DNA of 64,000 bases. Source: a phage. The translations under genes and the position numbers were made by a program. Where the stretch lies: NCBI GenBank assembly GCA_008273105.1, contig GCA_008273105.1_4080.1; one strand, written 5' to 3'. Below the pieces are notes generated by a model. The model searched no databases. It was not told the origin of the DNA and worked only from the letters and a program-made list of their open reading frames with translations. Numbering within the stretch: the first letter of the stretch is position 1; each line of letters opens with the position of its first letter. This document shows positions 48,996-57,782 of this stretch, in pieces.

Positions 48996-49175
48996 TTAAT
49001 CACCTATACATAAGTACTCGATTGATGGTTTACCATTAACTAACACAATTCCAGTGTGAGTTAATACACAGTTGTCGGGAGCTTCTTCAAATACTGATAC
49101 GTAAATGTATGAACCATTACTAACTGAACAAGATAATACCATAAGAACTGCGATTAGTACAAGTAAAAATTTCAT
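48996..49175 (-). CDS. small putative lipoprotein (59 aa)
   Basis: MKFLLVLIAVLMVLSC signal peptide with lipobox-like VLSC; below track cutoff. Confidence 0.4.
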   Translation of the reverse strand: MKFLLVLIAVLMVLSCSVSNGSYIYVSVFEEAPDNCVLTHTGIVLVNGKPSIEYLCIGD

Positions 49176-49181
49176 ATGAAC

Positions 49182-49829
49182 CTACTTTTTTGATTTATGT
49201 AATGCAATTTGTACTCGCGTAATGAACTCACGCTCTACTTCATCTGAATTAACACCATCGTATTGTGTTTTGAATAGTTCCATAGCTTTGATAGCCATTT
49301 GCACTGAAATTTCAGTAATACTTTCAGTATTGGTAGTCTCAAATACATTTCTGATGGATAGTTCACCATCATCAGCATGTTCTTGTTGAACCGTGTTGTT
49401 TTGTTCATCAATGTAACGTAAAGCTTTGTACTCTGCTTTTGTTAGATTTTCATACCAACGTGGGTGGTGGAACAAATCATGCATTGTAACTTTTGCTGCT
49501 TCCATGAGAAGTAATAGCTCTTCATTTCTGCGAATATGTTTTTCTTCACCTTTATGATTTTTGTAAGTATATGCACAACGCATAATGGCTAATCGAACTT
49601 CACCTGCTTTGGTGATAGTGTATGAATGTATTGCATTATCATAATCACTTTCCCATTTCTGACCAGCATATTCGTACCAAAGTTCATTAGTTTCCCATTT
49701 AATGAAATCAAATTCTAACAAACTGTCAATCAACTTAGCCAAATTACCACTGTACTCACGGCTAATGATATTGAAACCACCATTGTACTTTGCAAGGTAC
49801 AGAATCTTTTCTTGAGTTACATTTTTCAT
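49182..49829 (-). CDS. hypothetical protein
   Basis: 215-aa ORF. Confidence 0.5.
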   Translation of the reverse strand: MKNVTQEKILYLAKYNGGFNIISREYSGNLAKLIDSLLEFDFIKWETNELWYEYAGQKWESDYDNAIHSYTITKAGEVRLAIMRCAYTYKNHKGEEKHIRRNEELLLLMEAAKVTMHDLFHHPRWYENLTKAEYKALRYIDEQNNTVQQEHADDGELSIRNVFETTNTESITEISVQMAIKAMELFKTQYDGVNSDEVEREFITRVQIALHKSKK

Positions 49830-50167
49830 TACATGTAATCCTTGATGTATTTTAGCAGTTTAGATTTCTCTTCGGTACTTAATGATTTCTTGTTCATTAA
49901 GTGTTTCATTTCTTGACGTTCAATTTCTTCACATCTTTTAGATTCAGCTTCAATTCGTGTATTATATTCTTCGTCAGTTTCTTCTCTGGTCCAAATTACA
50001 TTGTATCCATGAAAACCGCCGTAACCACTGTCTGGTGAAAGACTAATGTGACCGTTATATTCAGCACGATACTTATTAAGAGTGTCAATAAAGGTATCAA
50101 TGCCACACGGTTCAATTTCAATATAACCAATCACTACAGTAACGTCAATTTTGTTCATAAAGTTCAC
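49829..50167 (-). CDS. hypothetical protein
   Basis: 112-aa ORF. Confidence 0.5.
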   Translation of the reverse strand: MNFMNKIDVTVVIGYIEIEPCGIDTFIDTLNKYRAEYNGHISLSPDSGYGGFHGYNVIWTREETDEEYNTRIEAESKRCEEIERQEMKHLMNKKSLSTEEKSKLLKYIKDYM

Positions 50168-50185
50168 CTATAAAATTAGGGAGCA

Positions 50186-50743
50186 TTAGCTCCCTTTGTA
50201 TTGATGTTTACGTTTAGTACTGTATTTCCAGCCAGTACTATGTCTTGTTCTGATATCGTCCCAATACGATGGTAATGAACGCATCTTACGTCTTCCACGT
50301 ATATCAGGTTCCCCCTCATCCTTCAGTACTGCACAAGCCATACGACGCTCTTGTTGTGTCTTAGGACGCTTGTATCGGGAGTGGTTATGTTTGTACATAT
50401 ACGAACGCTTATGTCGCCATTCCGTATCACGAGCTTTACGTTTATGTTCCCAGTACTCATTATAGAGTATCATGTATTCACCCATAAGTAAATCAGGAGA
50501 TACAAGTAATCCTTTTTCAGTACAAAGATAATAACCCACAAACTTTTCTGGAAACATTTCGTAATAGAAACGGTTCTTCCAAAATGTTTCACGATTCTTT
50601 TTGTTGAATTCAGCTAAATCGAATTTCATCTTACTGTGGAAACGGTCTATACCGTCATGTTCCGCAATGTACTCTAACAGATTATCAATAATCTCAACTT
50701 TACCAGAATCGTGATACAACGTAAATGTTTGGTCAAAAAACAT
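50186..50743 (-). CDS. hypothetical protein with highly basic C-terminal tail
   Basis: 185 aa; R/K-rich C-terminal 60 aa. Confidence 0.5.
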   Translation of the reverse strand: MFFDQTFTLYHDSGKVEIIDNLLEYIAEHDGIDRFHSKMKFDLAEFNKKNRETFWKNRFYYEMFPEKFVGYYLCTEKGLLVSPDLLMGEYMILYNEYWEHKRKARDTEWRHKRSYMYKHNHSRYKRPKTQQERRMACAVLKDEGEPDIRGRRKMRSLPSYWDDIRTRHSTGWKYSTKRKHQYKGS

Positions 50744-50837
50744 ATGAAATCTCCTTTAAGTTAAAATAACCTAATGGAAAGTCATTCTTCCTTTAATACA
50801 TGTTCTCATGATTTGTTCCTTTTGTCAAGATATAGAT

Positions 50838-50866
50838 ATAAAAAATCCCTGCCAACAGACAGGGAC
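50838..50866 (-). terminator. rho-independent terminator
   Basis: Stem TCCCTG/CAGGGA, 8-nt loop, T-tract on minus strand. Confidence 0.5.
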
Positions 50867-50969
50867 GAAAAACTGAAATAACACATGGAGTTCTTTTTAA
50901 TTTAATAAAAAGTATTATTATTCTTATAAAAGTATTTATTAAGAACTCCACAATATGTCTTCAAATGAA

Positions 50970-51158
50970 TCAAAAACCTTTCTGAGCTACTAGTTCACGG
51001 TACTGTGCACGAGTTAGTACACCTTGTTTGCGTAGAGCTTGAAGACCGGATAGGGTTTCACTCTTACGTTGTTCGTACATACGTTGTTCTTTAGATTGAA
51101 TAACTTTCTCTTTCTTAACTTTTGCTACTGGTTCTTTTTTCTTAGGTTGTTTAGCCAT
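50970..51158 (-). CDS. small basic protein
   Basis: 62 aa, Lys-rich N-terminus. Confidence 0.45.
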   Translation of the reverse strand: MAKQPKKKEPVAKVKKEKVIQSKEQRMYEQRKSETLSGLQALRKQGVLTRAQYRELVAQKGF

Positions 51159-51226
51159 TTTATATCTCCTTCTGTATTATGATAACAACATTATATCATG
51201 TATGGGACATAATGTCCCATACAATA

Positions 51227-52666
51227 TTACATATTTTCTTCAGCAAATTCTGCAAGTGGTGAACGAACAACACCTTCTAGTTCGATGACACGACAACCTG
51301 CCCAATCTTTAAACTTCTCAGTTACATATGTCAAACCACTGTTAACAGGACTAATAAACTTACTGTCAATCTGACTCAAGTTACCCATAATTACTACTTT
51401 ACAGTTTAATCCTGCTCGTGTCAAGATTGTTTTAGCTTGTGCAGGTGTAATGTTTTGGAATTCATCAACTACTAGAATAGTGTTGGTGAATGAACGTCCA
51501 CGTACAAAGTTTAGTGCTTTAAATTGAATAACATTACGTTTCATAATCTCTTCAATACTACCTTGAGGGTTAGCATCATCTTTATGAAGAAACTCTAACG
51601 CGTCAATTGCGGCTCCACAGAATGGAATCACTTTTTCTGCTTCTGAACCTGGCAAGAAACCAATATCTTCAAACTGTGAGTCTTGAGTTTTAGAGAAGAT
51701 GATTCGGTCGTATTTACGTTTTTCCAGTACTAATTCTAATGCAGTAGCAATCGTAATTAGTGTTTTACCAGTACCAGCAGAACCTAGCAGTACTGTTAGA
51801 TGTACATCAGGATCGAGAATACTGTTGATGGCGAGTGCTTGTTGGATATTCTTTGCTTTAATATCCCATACTTTAGCACGTAAAGCTACTGATTGTCCAA
51901 TATCTTGGAATACCAAAATATCTTCTGGTGTTAGTGTTCCATCATCTTCCTCAATTGCTGATTGACCTTCGTACACAAATAATACGTCTGCATCATCATA
52001 TAGATAATCACCGATGCATAGATTTTGTGGAAGCAAATGTTCAATCAAGCTTTTAGAAATGTAATGATACAAACGACGACCAACTTGTTCGGATTGAATA
52101 TTAGTATTGGTTAAGTTGCTATATACTTCCCAAAAATTAATTTCCAAATGGTGTTGACCAATGTGAATCAAATCACTATCACCAATAACAATATCATGGC
52201 GATAATCTTGTACCTCGACACCATAACTTAGTGCTTTGATACGCATGTTGATATCACGAGTTACCAGTACTGATTCTGTTGCTAAAGCTACCAGAATGAT
52301 TTTATCATCAGGTACTGTGCTTTTGAGAAGGGTTTGAACTTTCTCTTCTGAACCTTTAGTACGAATTAGTGCTTCAGCTTCTTCGTTTGTAATAACAAAC
52401 AATTTGCTATCAGGATTCATATTGGTATGAACATCAGCAATATTAACACCAGTACTACTAATCTCATCATGTGATGCATCTGCAATAATTGCTTCAATGT
52501 TACGAATAGCAACACGAGCATCGCGTGAAACATCTACATTACGACTCTTAATTGAATCCAATTCTTCCAGTACTGTAAATGGTAGAATGATTGCAGCACC
52601 ATCAAAAGCAATAGATGCATTAGGGTCAGATAGTAGTACGTTTGTGTCAATTGTATATTTTTTCAT
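51227..52666 (-). CDS. phoH: PhoH-like ATPase with N-terminal PIN domain (YlaK-type)
   Basis: Walker A LLGSAGTGKT in PhoH-like C-terminal half; N-terminal PIN-like acidic residues. Confidence 0.8.
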   Translation of the reverse strand: MKKYTIDTNVLLSDPNASIAFDGAAIILPFTVLEELDSIKSRNVDVSRDARVAIRNIEAIIADASHDEISSTGVNIADVHTNMNPDSKLFVITNEEAEALIRTKGSEEKVQTLLKSTVPDDKIILVALATESVLVTRDINMRIKALSYGVEVQDYRHDIVIGDSDLIHIGQHHLEINFWEVYSNLTNTNIQSEQVGRRLYHYISKSLIEHLLPQNLCIGDYLYDDADVLFVYEGQSAIEEDDGTLTPEDILVFQDIGQSVALRAKVWDIKAKNIQQALAINSILDPDVHLTVLLGSAGTGKTLITIATALELVLEKRKYDRIIFSKTQDSQFEDIGFLPGSEAEKVIPFCGAAIDALEFLHKDDANPQGSIEEIMKRNVIQFKALNFVRGRSFTNTILVVDEFQNITPAQAKTILTRAGLNCKVVIMGNLSQIDSKFISPVNSGLTYVTEKFKDWAGCRVIELEGVVRSPLAEFAEENM

Positions 52667-52726
52667 AAAACATCCTTGAGTTATGAGTACATCCTTGTAC
52701 TCGACTAATGTTATTGACTCGGATTA

Positions 52727-53029
52727 TTACATATTTGGTTCGTATTCAACATAGCAACGTGAACCTCGAACCTTTTCTTCCCAGCACTCCTGGTAAACAA
52801 GTTGACCAATTGAAACTGGTTCTCTTGATAGTCCATTACGTACTTCACCACTTTGGGTTTTATACATAAATGAACATTTGGACTCGCTACATTGTCCTAA
52901 ACTAACAACTTCTGCGGTATTGTAGTGAATGTTGGTACGCTTAGTGTTCTCGTGATACTGTCCGAACCAAAGAACTCCTGCACCTAACAGAACAGTACAA
53001 ATAAGACTTTTGATGTGTGTTTGAATCAT
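52727..53029 (-). CDS. small secreted/membrane Cys-containing protein
   Basis: 100 aa, N-terminal hydrophobic signal-like segment. Confidence 0.5.
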   Translation of the reverse strand: MIQTHIKSLICTVLLGAGVLWFGQYHENTKRTNIHYNTAEVVSLGQCSESKCSFMYKTQSGEVRNGLSREPVSIGQLVYQECWEEKVRGSRCYVEYEPNM

Positions 53030-53346
53030 AATGAGTTAAATCCATTGTTTAAGTATGTTTCAATATTAATTTTACCAACAGGATTACTACTGTGAACAAA
53101 GTACTCAAACGGTTCTTTAATATTATTATCAAACATATAATCAATAAGAAACTTAGCAAAAGAATATCCAGTCTTTTCGTCTTCGCTCACATCACCCAAG
53201 TCATGGTCGAATGATACAAATGCTGGAATTCCATTTTCAATAACATATTCACATGCACTTTTAAAGTCACGACATACCACCATATCTTGGTTTGGATAAT
53301 ATAGATTTGCATCACGAATATCATCCAAAAACATTGAGTAAGACAT
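53026..53346 (-). CDS. hypothetical protein
   Basis: 106-aa ORF. Confidence 0.5.
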   Translation of the reverse strand: MSYSMFLDDIRDANLYYPNQDMVVCRDFKSACEYVIENGIPAFVSFDHDLGDVSEDEKTGYSFAKFLIDYMFDNNIKEPFEYFVHSSNPVGKINIETYLNNGFNSL

Positions 53347-53355
53347 GTTAAACTC

Positions 53356-53907
53356 CTATAGATAACTAATTAGTAAGTTTTCTTTTTGAACCAGATACTC
53401 CAATTCTTGTTTTGCTGTACCGATGAAGTTCTGTGTCATAAGATTATTATATCCCGCTTCTCGATTTTGTCCCTTAGAATAACGCGAAATATGACATAAA
53501 TTTACACCAGCAACTTCTGCACTTGCATGTTTAGCATTAGTGTATCCATCTCTAATGTGTTTCAACTCGTCATAGGTTACTTCATAGCTAAAACTGTGAC
53601 TGTTTGCACCTGGGTAAATTTCAAAAGTTTTGAGTGGTCGAAGATGGGAAACAAAAATATTGTAATCCATTTCTTCTTGAACTTCACGACGCAACGCATC
53701 TTCTAGTGAGATATCAGTACTTTCTACGGTTCCACCACATCCACCAAGAAGACCATCCCATCGTAATTGCAGTAATACTAAATTTACTTCTGGTATATCA
53801 TTCAACTCATAGTTTTTGTAAGGGTTGCATTTTCTTGCAAAGAAATAACAAAATACAAAATTTGCACGTGTGCCATATTCACCAAAGGGAACTTCTTTAA
53901 CACTCAT
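53356..53907 (-). CDS. Nudix-like hydrolase (non-canonical spacing)
   Basis: GGCGGTVE...DALRREVQEE: REVxEE core present but the following Gly is absent and spacing is longer. Confidence 0.45.
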   Translation of the reverse strand: MSVKEVPFGEYGTRANFVFCYFFARKCNPYKNYELNDIPEVNLVLLQLRWDGLLGGCGGTVESTDISLEDALRREVQEEMDYNIFVSHLRPLKTFEIYPGANSHSFSYEVTYDELKHIRDGYTNAKHASAEVAGVNLCHISRYSKGQNREAGYNNLMTQNFIGTAKQELEYLVQKENLLISYL

Positions 53908-54662
53908 TTCATACGTTCCTTAATTATAGTCTCTAGATGCGGTATTGCTTTGGTTGCTGGCTTGATAACTTTTTCATTAAACAAAAAATCATTATCATTT
54001 TTACGAATGTTAACATTAACACTATAACATGGTAATGCTGCTGCTAATCTCGACCATACCAGTACTGTATCGCTACTACCAATTACAATAACTGTATCAT
54101 TTTCATTAAGAGATTTCAACACATTATTTCGTTCTTCGTAAATTGGTAAGCGAATACCATCAACATAACGATGATATTCTCCAATCATTACTACATTTGG
54201 TTTGGCAAAAACATCATGTTTTGGTATGTATGGTTCGTATCCGCAGTTAATAACATTATAATCATCAGAATTGATACTATAATTTTCAATAACTTCACAC
54301 AAGTTTCCATGAAGTTTAAGCTCATGACCACCAATACGAGTATAAAGATCGTCCATGTTAGAAGTCATATGAAGGAAGCAATCACCATATTGATCTTCTA
54401 ACGATTTTATAAAATAATGCATTGCATTTGGTTCGCATTGTCCCAATTTTACACGTAATGTATTATAGAAAGAATGAACAACATGATATTTTGTAGTTAA
54501 ACTAGCAATGTTACATACATCATTAATTTTAAATGTATCCCACAAACCATCATCAAATCGAAAAGGTTCCATACCACTTTCAACAGAAAGTCCTGCACCT
54601 GATATAATCAGTAATCGCTTTTTACCTTCATTGCTTATAAATTTTTCTGATATCATATTCAA
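53904..54662 (-). CDS. SIR2-family (sirtuin-like) NAD-dependent protein
   Basis: ISGAGLSVESGMEPFR, TSNMDDLY...LHG (catalytic His), KPNVVMIGE, VIGSSDTV match recalled CobB/Sir2 blocks. Confidence 0.75.
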   Translation of the reverse strand: MNMISEKFISNEGKKRLLIISGAGLSVESGMEPFRFDDGLWDTFKINDVCNIASLTTKYHVVHSFYNTLRVKLGQCEPNAMHYFIKSLEDQYGDCFLHMTSNMDDLYTRIGGHELKLHGNLCEVIENYSINSDDYNVINCGYEPYIPKHDVFAKPNVVMIGEYHRYVDGIRLPIYEERNNVLKSLNENDTVIVIGSSDTVLVWSRLAAALPCYSVNVNIRKNDNDFLFNEKVIKPATKAIPHLETIIKERMK

Positions 54663-54665
54663 TCC

Positions 54666-54860
54666 TTATAAAAAAACAATTAAATATATTGATAATAACA
54701 GAATGATTCCAATATGATAGGCATACATAAAATTATTATCTTTGTGATAACCATTGGATTTCAAGTCCCTATATAAGCATTTAGCATTGTTATAAATTAC
54801 AACAATAGAAAAAACTATAAAAAAACTCAAAACCCATTCATAAATTGTGTATGCCATCAT
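54666..54860 (-). CDS. small membrane protein
   Basis: 64 aa, two hydrophobic helices. Confidence 0.4.
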   Translation of the reverse strand: MMAYTIYEWVLSFFIVFSIVVIYNNAKCLYRDLKSNGYHKDNNFMYAYHIGIILLLSIYLIVFL

Positions 54861-54887
54861 CTATTCTCTCTTATAATATTAGTACTT

Positions 54888-55481
54888 TTAATATTTTAAA
54901 ACATCAAACTCTTCGCTTACGCTTGTTACATTATCACTAACAATTTTAAAAATTGATTTGATACGTTCGTGTAGTGGTTTTTTAGATTCGTTCTCAACTT
55001 CAATATATGCTTGCATTGCTGCAATTGCATGATATGTCCCACTACCTACTGCGGTAATTCTTGTTTTAGGTTGTAGTACTGAAAAGTCTTCTTGAACTTC
55101 ATAGATTGTATGATTGTGGAGAATGATAAATTGTCCACCACCTACATCTTGTGATGCATCTCGTGCACCCCATTCTTCTTTAAACATTTGACGAATGATT
55201 GGAATAACTTTAAGAACCAAATATTGTGAAAATGTTTGACTAGCATCTTGTTCAGGTAAATTAAGGTTATAATTTAACAACTGACCCATACGAAATGATG
55301 TAGTATAACCCAATGCCATTACTTCTTTAGTTCTAGTTAGTCCATCATCATGTAACTTGATAAATTCTTTCTCGAATACCTTTGGCTCAGTTTGAACAGT
55401 TTTTGTAAATCCATTGCTTCCTAACTTATCCCCAGCAATAAAAGAACTTACTCCGTCAGTGTGTGCAATAATACAGGTCAT
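54888..55481 (-). CDS. HslV/proteasome-like Ntn hydrolase
   Basis: From internal Met: MTCIIAHTDGVSSFIAGD... and V(L)QP...ITAVGSGTYHAIAAMQA align with recalled HslV; GGAG RBS and ATGA overlap support start at 55481. Confidence 0.6.
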   Translation of the reverse strand: MTCIIAHTDGVSSFIAGDKLGSNGFTKTVQTEPKVFEKEFIKLHDDGLTRTKEVMALGYTTSFRMGQLLNYNLNLPEQDASQTFSQYLVLKVIPIIRQMFKEEWGARDASQDVGGGQFIILHNHTIYEVQEDFSVLQPKTRITAVGSGTYHAIAAMQAYIEVENESKKPLHERIKSIFKIVSDNVTSVSEEFDVLKY

Positions 55482-55738
55482 AAAATAGCTCCAATTGCAA
55501 ATAATGTTGTGTATAAGATATAAATTAGTGCTCCTAACAACATTAGGCACACCAAGTATGAAGTTGATAGTACATAATAAATTATTGCTTCGAATTTTGA
55601 ATTGAACTTCATTGTAGTTGGATCAATAAAGCCATTACGATAATCTTTGTAAATGAAAACTGTTAGAAAAATAACTGTAGCATACATTACTACAGTAGCA
55701 TAAAAAATAATAGATGTCAAGTTTTGGATGTTTGTCAT
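55478..55738 (-). CDS. small multi-helix membrane protein
   Basis: 86 aa, three hydrophobic segments. Confidence 0.45.
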   Translation of the reverse strand: MTNIQNLTSIIFYATVVMYATVIFLTVFIYKDYRNGFIDPTTMKFNSKFEAIIYYVLSTSYLVCLMLLGALIYILYTTLFAIGAIL

Positions 55739-55808
55739 AGTTATATAATCTCAATATAATTAATAACAAAGGAAGTACATCATAATCATCCTGTTATTTT
55801 AATTATTT

Positions 55809-56417
55809 TTATTGTTTGACTGAACCGTAAAAAACCAGTTCTGGTTTTGTTAATATTACAACATCTTCACCACGAGAACGACTAACTCTAAATAGAACTT
55901 CTGGTGGGATTCCATTTGCTGCATATAGTGAAAAAAGGAAACCTACCTTTGTTGCCATTTCTTCGGTAAAAGTTGATAGCTGTCTTACAGACACAAATGA
56001 ATTATCACCATCAGTAACATTACTTTTAATCGAAATGTTATGAAGACCCAGTACTGAGCGATTTGTCATATATCGCTTTTCGGGAGATACACTAAAGAAT
56101 ACCACAGTACATGCTGAATTGCAATACCTAGAAACAATTAAATTTATCCCATTGTCTCTAACAAAGTTTGCCATTCGAATACCTGCATCAAAATCACCAC
56201 CAGGAGATGTAATTGTGATGGTATCATAGTGTTCTTTATCATACAACTCTATCATTCTCTTGAGTGACCCATCTGTAATATCTGATATGAAATATACATT
56301 TCGGGTTTCAGGATTATACTTTATCACATTTTTACTTTCAATACCAGCACTGGCTGGAAAATTTATTAACAATAGAAACATCGCTGCTTGTATCACTTCA
56401 AGCCATAGTCTTTTCAT
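55809..56417 (-). CDS. secreted ClpP/crotonase-fold serine-protease-like protein
   Basis: Signal peptide MKRLWLEVIQAAMFLLLINFPASA; ITSPGGDFDAGIRM, NSAC and LGLHN align with ClpP active-site blocks; GAGGA RBS before Met6. Confidence 0.55.
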   Translation of the reverse strand: MKRLWLEVIQAAMFLLLINFPASAGIESKNVIKYNPETRNVYFISDITDGSLKRMIELYDKEHYDTITITSPGGDFDAGIRMANFVRDNGINLIVSRYCNSACTVVFFSVSPEKRYMTNRSVLGLHNISIKSNVTDGDNSFVSVRQLSTFTEEMATKVGFLFSLYAANGIPPEVLFRVSRSRGEDVVILTKPELVFYGSVKQ

Positions 56418-56432
56418 ATAACAAGTCCTCAA

Positions 56433-56642
56433 TTTTGTTTAGGAAGATATAAATAATATAGTACTTAAACACTTAAGTCAAACTTTTTCTGTACTTAACT
56501 CAAATTTTTAAAAATAAAACTTAAGGTGTACAGTTTATAACAGATCATATCATACCACTGATGTTTTGTCAACTAGTTCATGGTGCATCTGATGTAAAAA
56601 ACAAATATATTTCATACTTATATTTAAAAAAGGAAATAAAAT
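56433..56642. promoter_or_regulatory. divergent AT-rich intergenic region, including plus-strand TATAAATA at 56448-56455
   Basis: 210-bp gap between divergently oriented genes; AGGAA RBS before plus-strand ATG. Confidence 0.4.
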
Positions 56643-57020
56643 ATGAAAGCTATCGCAGCACAAGGTAAACTACCATTCAATATCGGCGGGTTTTGTGTAA
56701 CCGCAGCTAATATAAACGGTGAATTGAAATATAACTTGAACATCTTTAATCAACGTTCTAGTTGTGTTTACGATCTCATTGATACTGATTTTAATGTTTA
56801 TCGTTTTGTAACTATCACTAGTTATGATAAAGATAAAATTAGATTAGATGCATCTAAAACAGCATTGGAAATTGCACCAACTCTAGCCAAAAACACTTTT
56901 TGTATTAAGATTGACGATAGTGCATTTGCCGAATCATTCCAGTTTCATAAAATTAAATTGAGTACTGGTGCGATGAAATATCACCCTTGGGATTTGTATT
57001 ATTGTAACCTCCCTGGTTAA
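56643..57020 (+). CDS. hypothetical protein; lone plus-strand gene (moron-like)
   Basis: 125-aa ORF with AGGAA RBS, own upstream region, ends at bidirectional terminator. Confidence 0.6.
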   Translation: MKAIAAQGKLPFNIGGFCVTAANINGELKYNLNIFNQRSSCVYDLIDTDFNVYRFVTITSYDKDKIRLDASKTALEIAPTLAKNTFCIKIDDSAFAESFQFHKIKLSTGAMKYHPWDLYYCNLPG

Positions 57021-57021
57021 C

Positions 57022-57050
57022 AAAAAAGGAGCCATACGGCTCCTTTTTTT
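57022..57050. terminator. bidirectional rho-independent terminator
   Basis: A6-GGAGCC-ATAC-GGCTCC-T7 between convergent genes. Confidence 0.8.
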
Positions 57051-57306
57051 ATTCTACAGTATTAAGCTTCTGACAAATCATATCAGCTTCTACTCGGTCT
57101 TTATAATAAATGGTAAATCCAAATCTACTTGTTACCCTTTTCTCACTACGGTGTATACAGTTTACAATATAGTACTTATTATTTTGTGCAGAAAAACGAA
57201 CTTCATAATTTCGAAAAGAAGTATTAGGTTCATCCATAGCAACTATATATAACATAAAAATGAAAAACACTGTTATTAGAAAAGCAATAATAATTATTAC
57301 TGTCAT
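57049..57306 (-). CDS. small membrane protein
   Basis: 85 aa, N-terminal TM helix. Confidence 0.45.
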   Translation of the reverse strand: MTVIIIIAFLITVFFIFMLYIVAMDEPNTSFRNYEVRFSAQNNKYYIVNCIHRSEKRVTSRFGFTIYYKDRVEADMICQKLNTVE

Positions 57307-57782
57307 TTATCAAGACCCTTATCATAAATGCAATTAACAATAATTCCAGCATCTTCCAGTACTTTAATAGCTTCTGGTGGTGTACGAGGATAATTTTTGA
57401 GATAAATTACACGTGAAATCCCACTACCTGCGATCAACTTAGAACAAGTATAACATGGTTGTAGTGTTGTGTAAAGAGTAGCACCTTGACGTTCAGTAGG
57501 AGAACTATAGAGTAAAGCGTTCATTTCAGCATGGATTTCATGAATATTACTCCACTCATGATGTTCATGCTTTGCTTCATCACTAACCCAGTCTTGAAAA
57601 CACCCATCATTGACTAAGTGTTGATTCACGTCACAACAATTTGGTTGTTTTGATGGAGTACCATTGTAACCAGTACTCAATACTCGGTTATTTTTAACAA
57701 TAACACAACCAACTTTTTGTGAAATACATTTACTTTCCTCAGCAACTACTTCTGCTATCTTCAACCAAGTCGTATGTTTCAT
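57303..57782 (-). CDS. cd: dCMP deaminase (T4 Cd-like)
   Basis: MKHTTWLKIAEVVAEESKC..., HAEMNAL, PCYTCSKLI zinc motifs; start at Met5 behind GGAG. Confidence 0.8.
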   Translation of the reverse strand: MKHTTWLKIAEVVAEESKCISQKVGCVIVKNNRVLSTGYNGTPSKQPNCCDVNQHLVNDGCFQDWVSDEAKHEHHEWSNIHEIHAEMNALLYSSPTERQGATLYTTLQPCYTCSKLIAGSGISRVIYLKNYPRTPPEAIKVLEDAGIIVNCIYDKGLDK

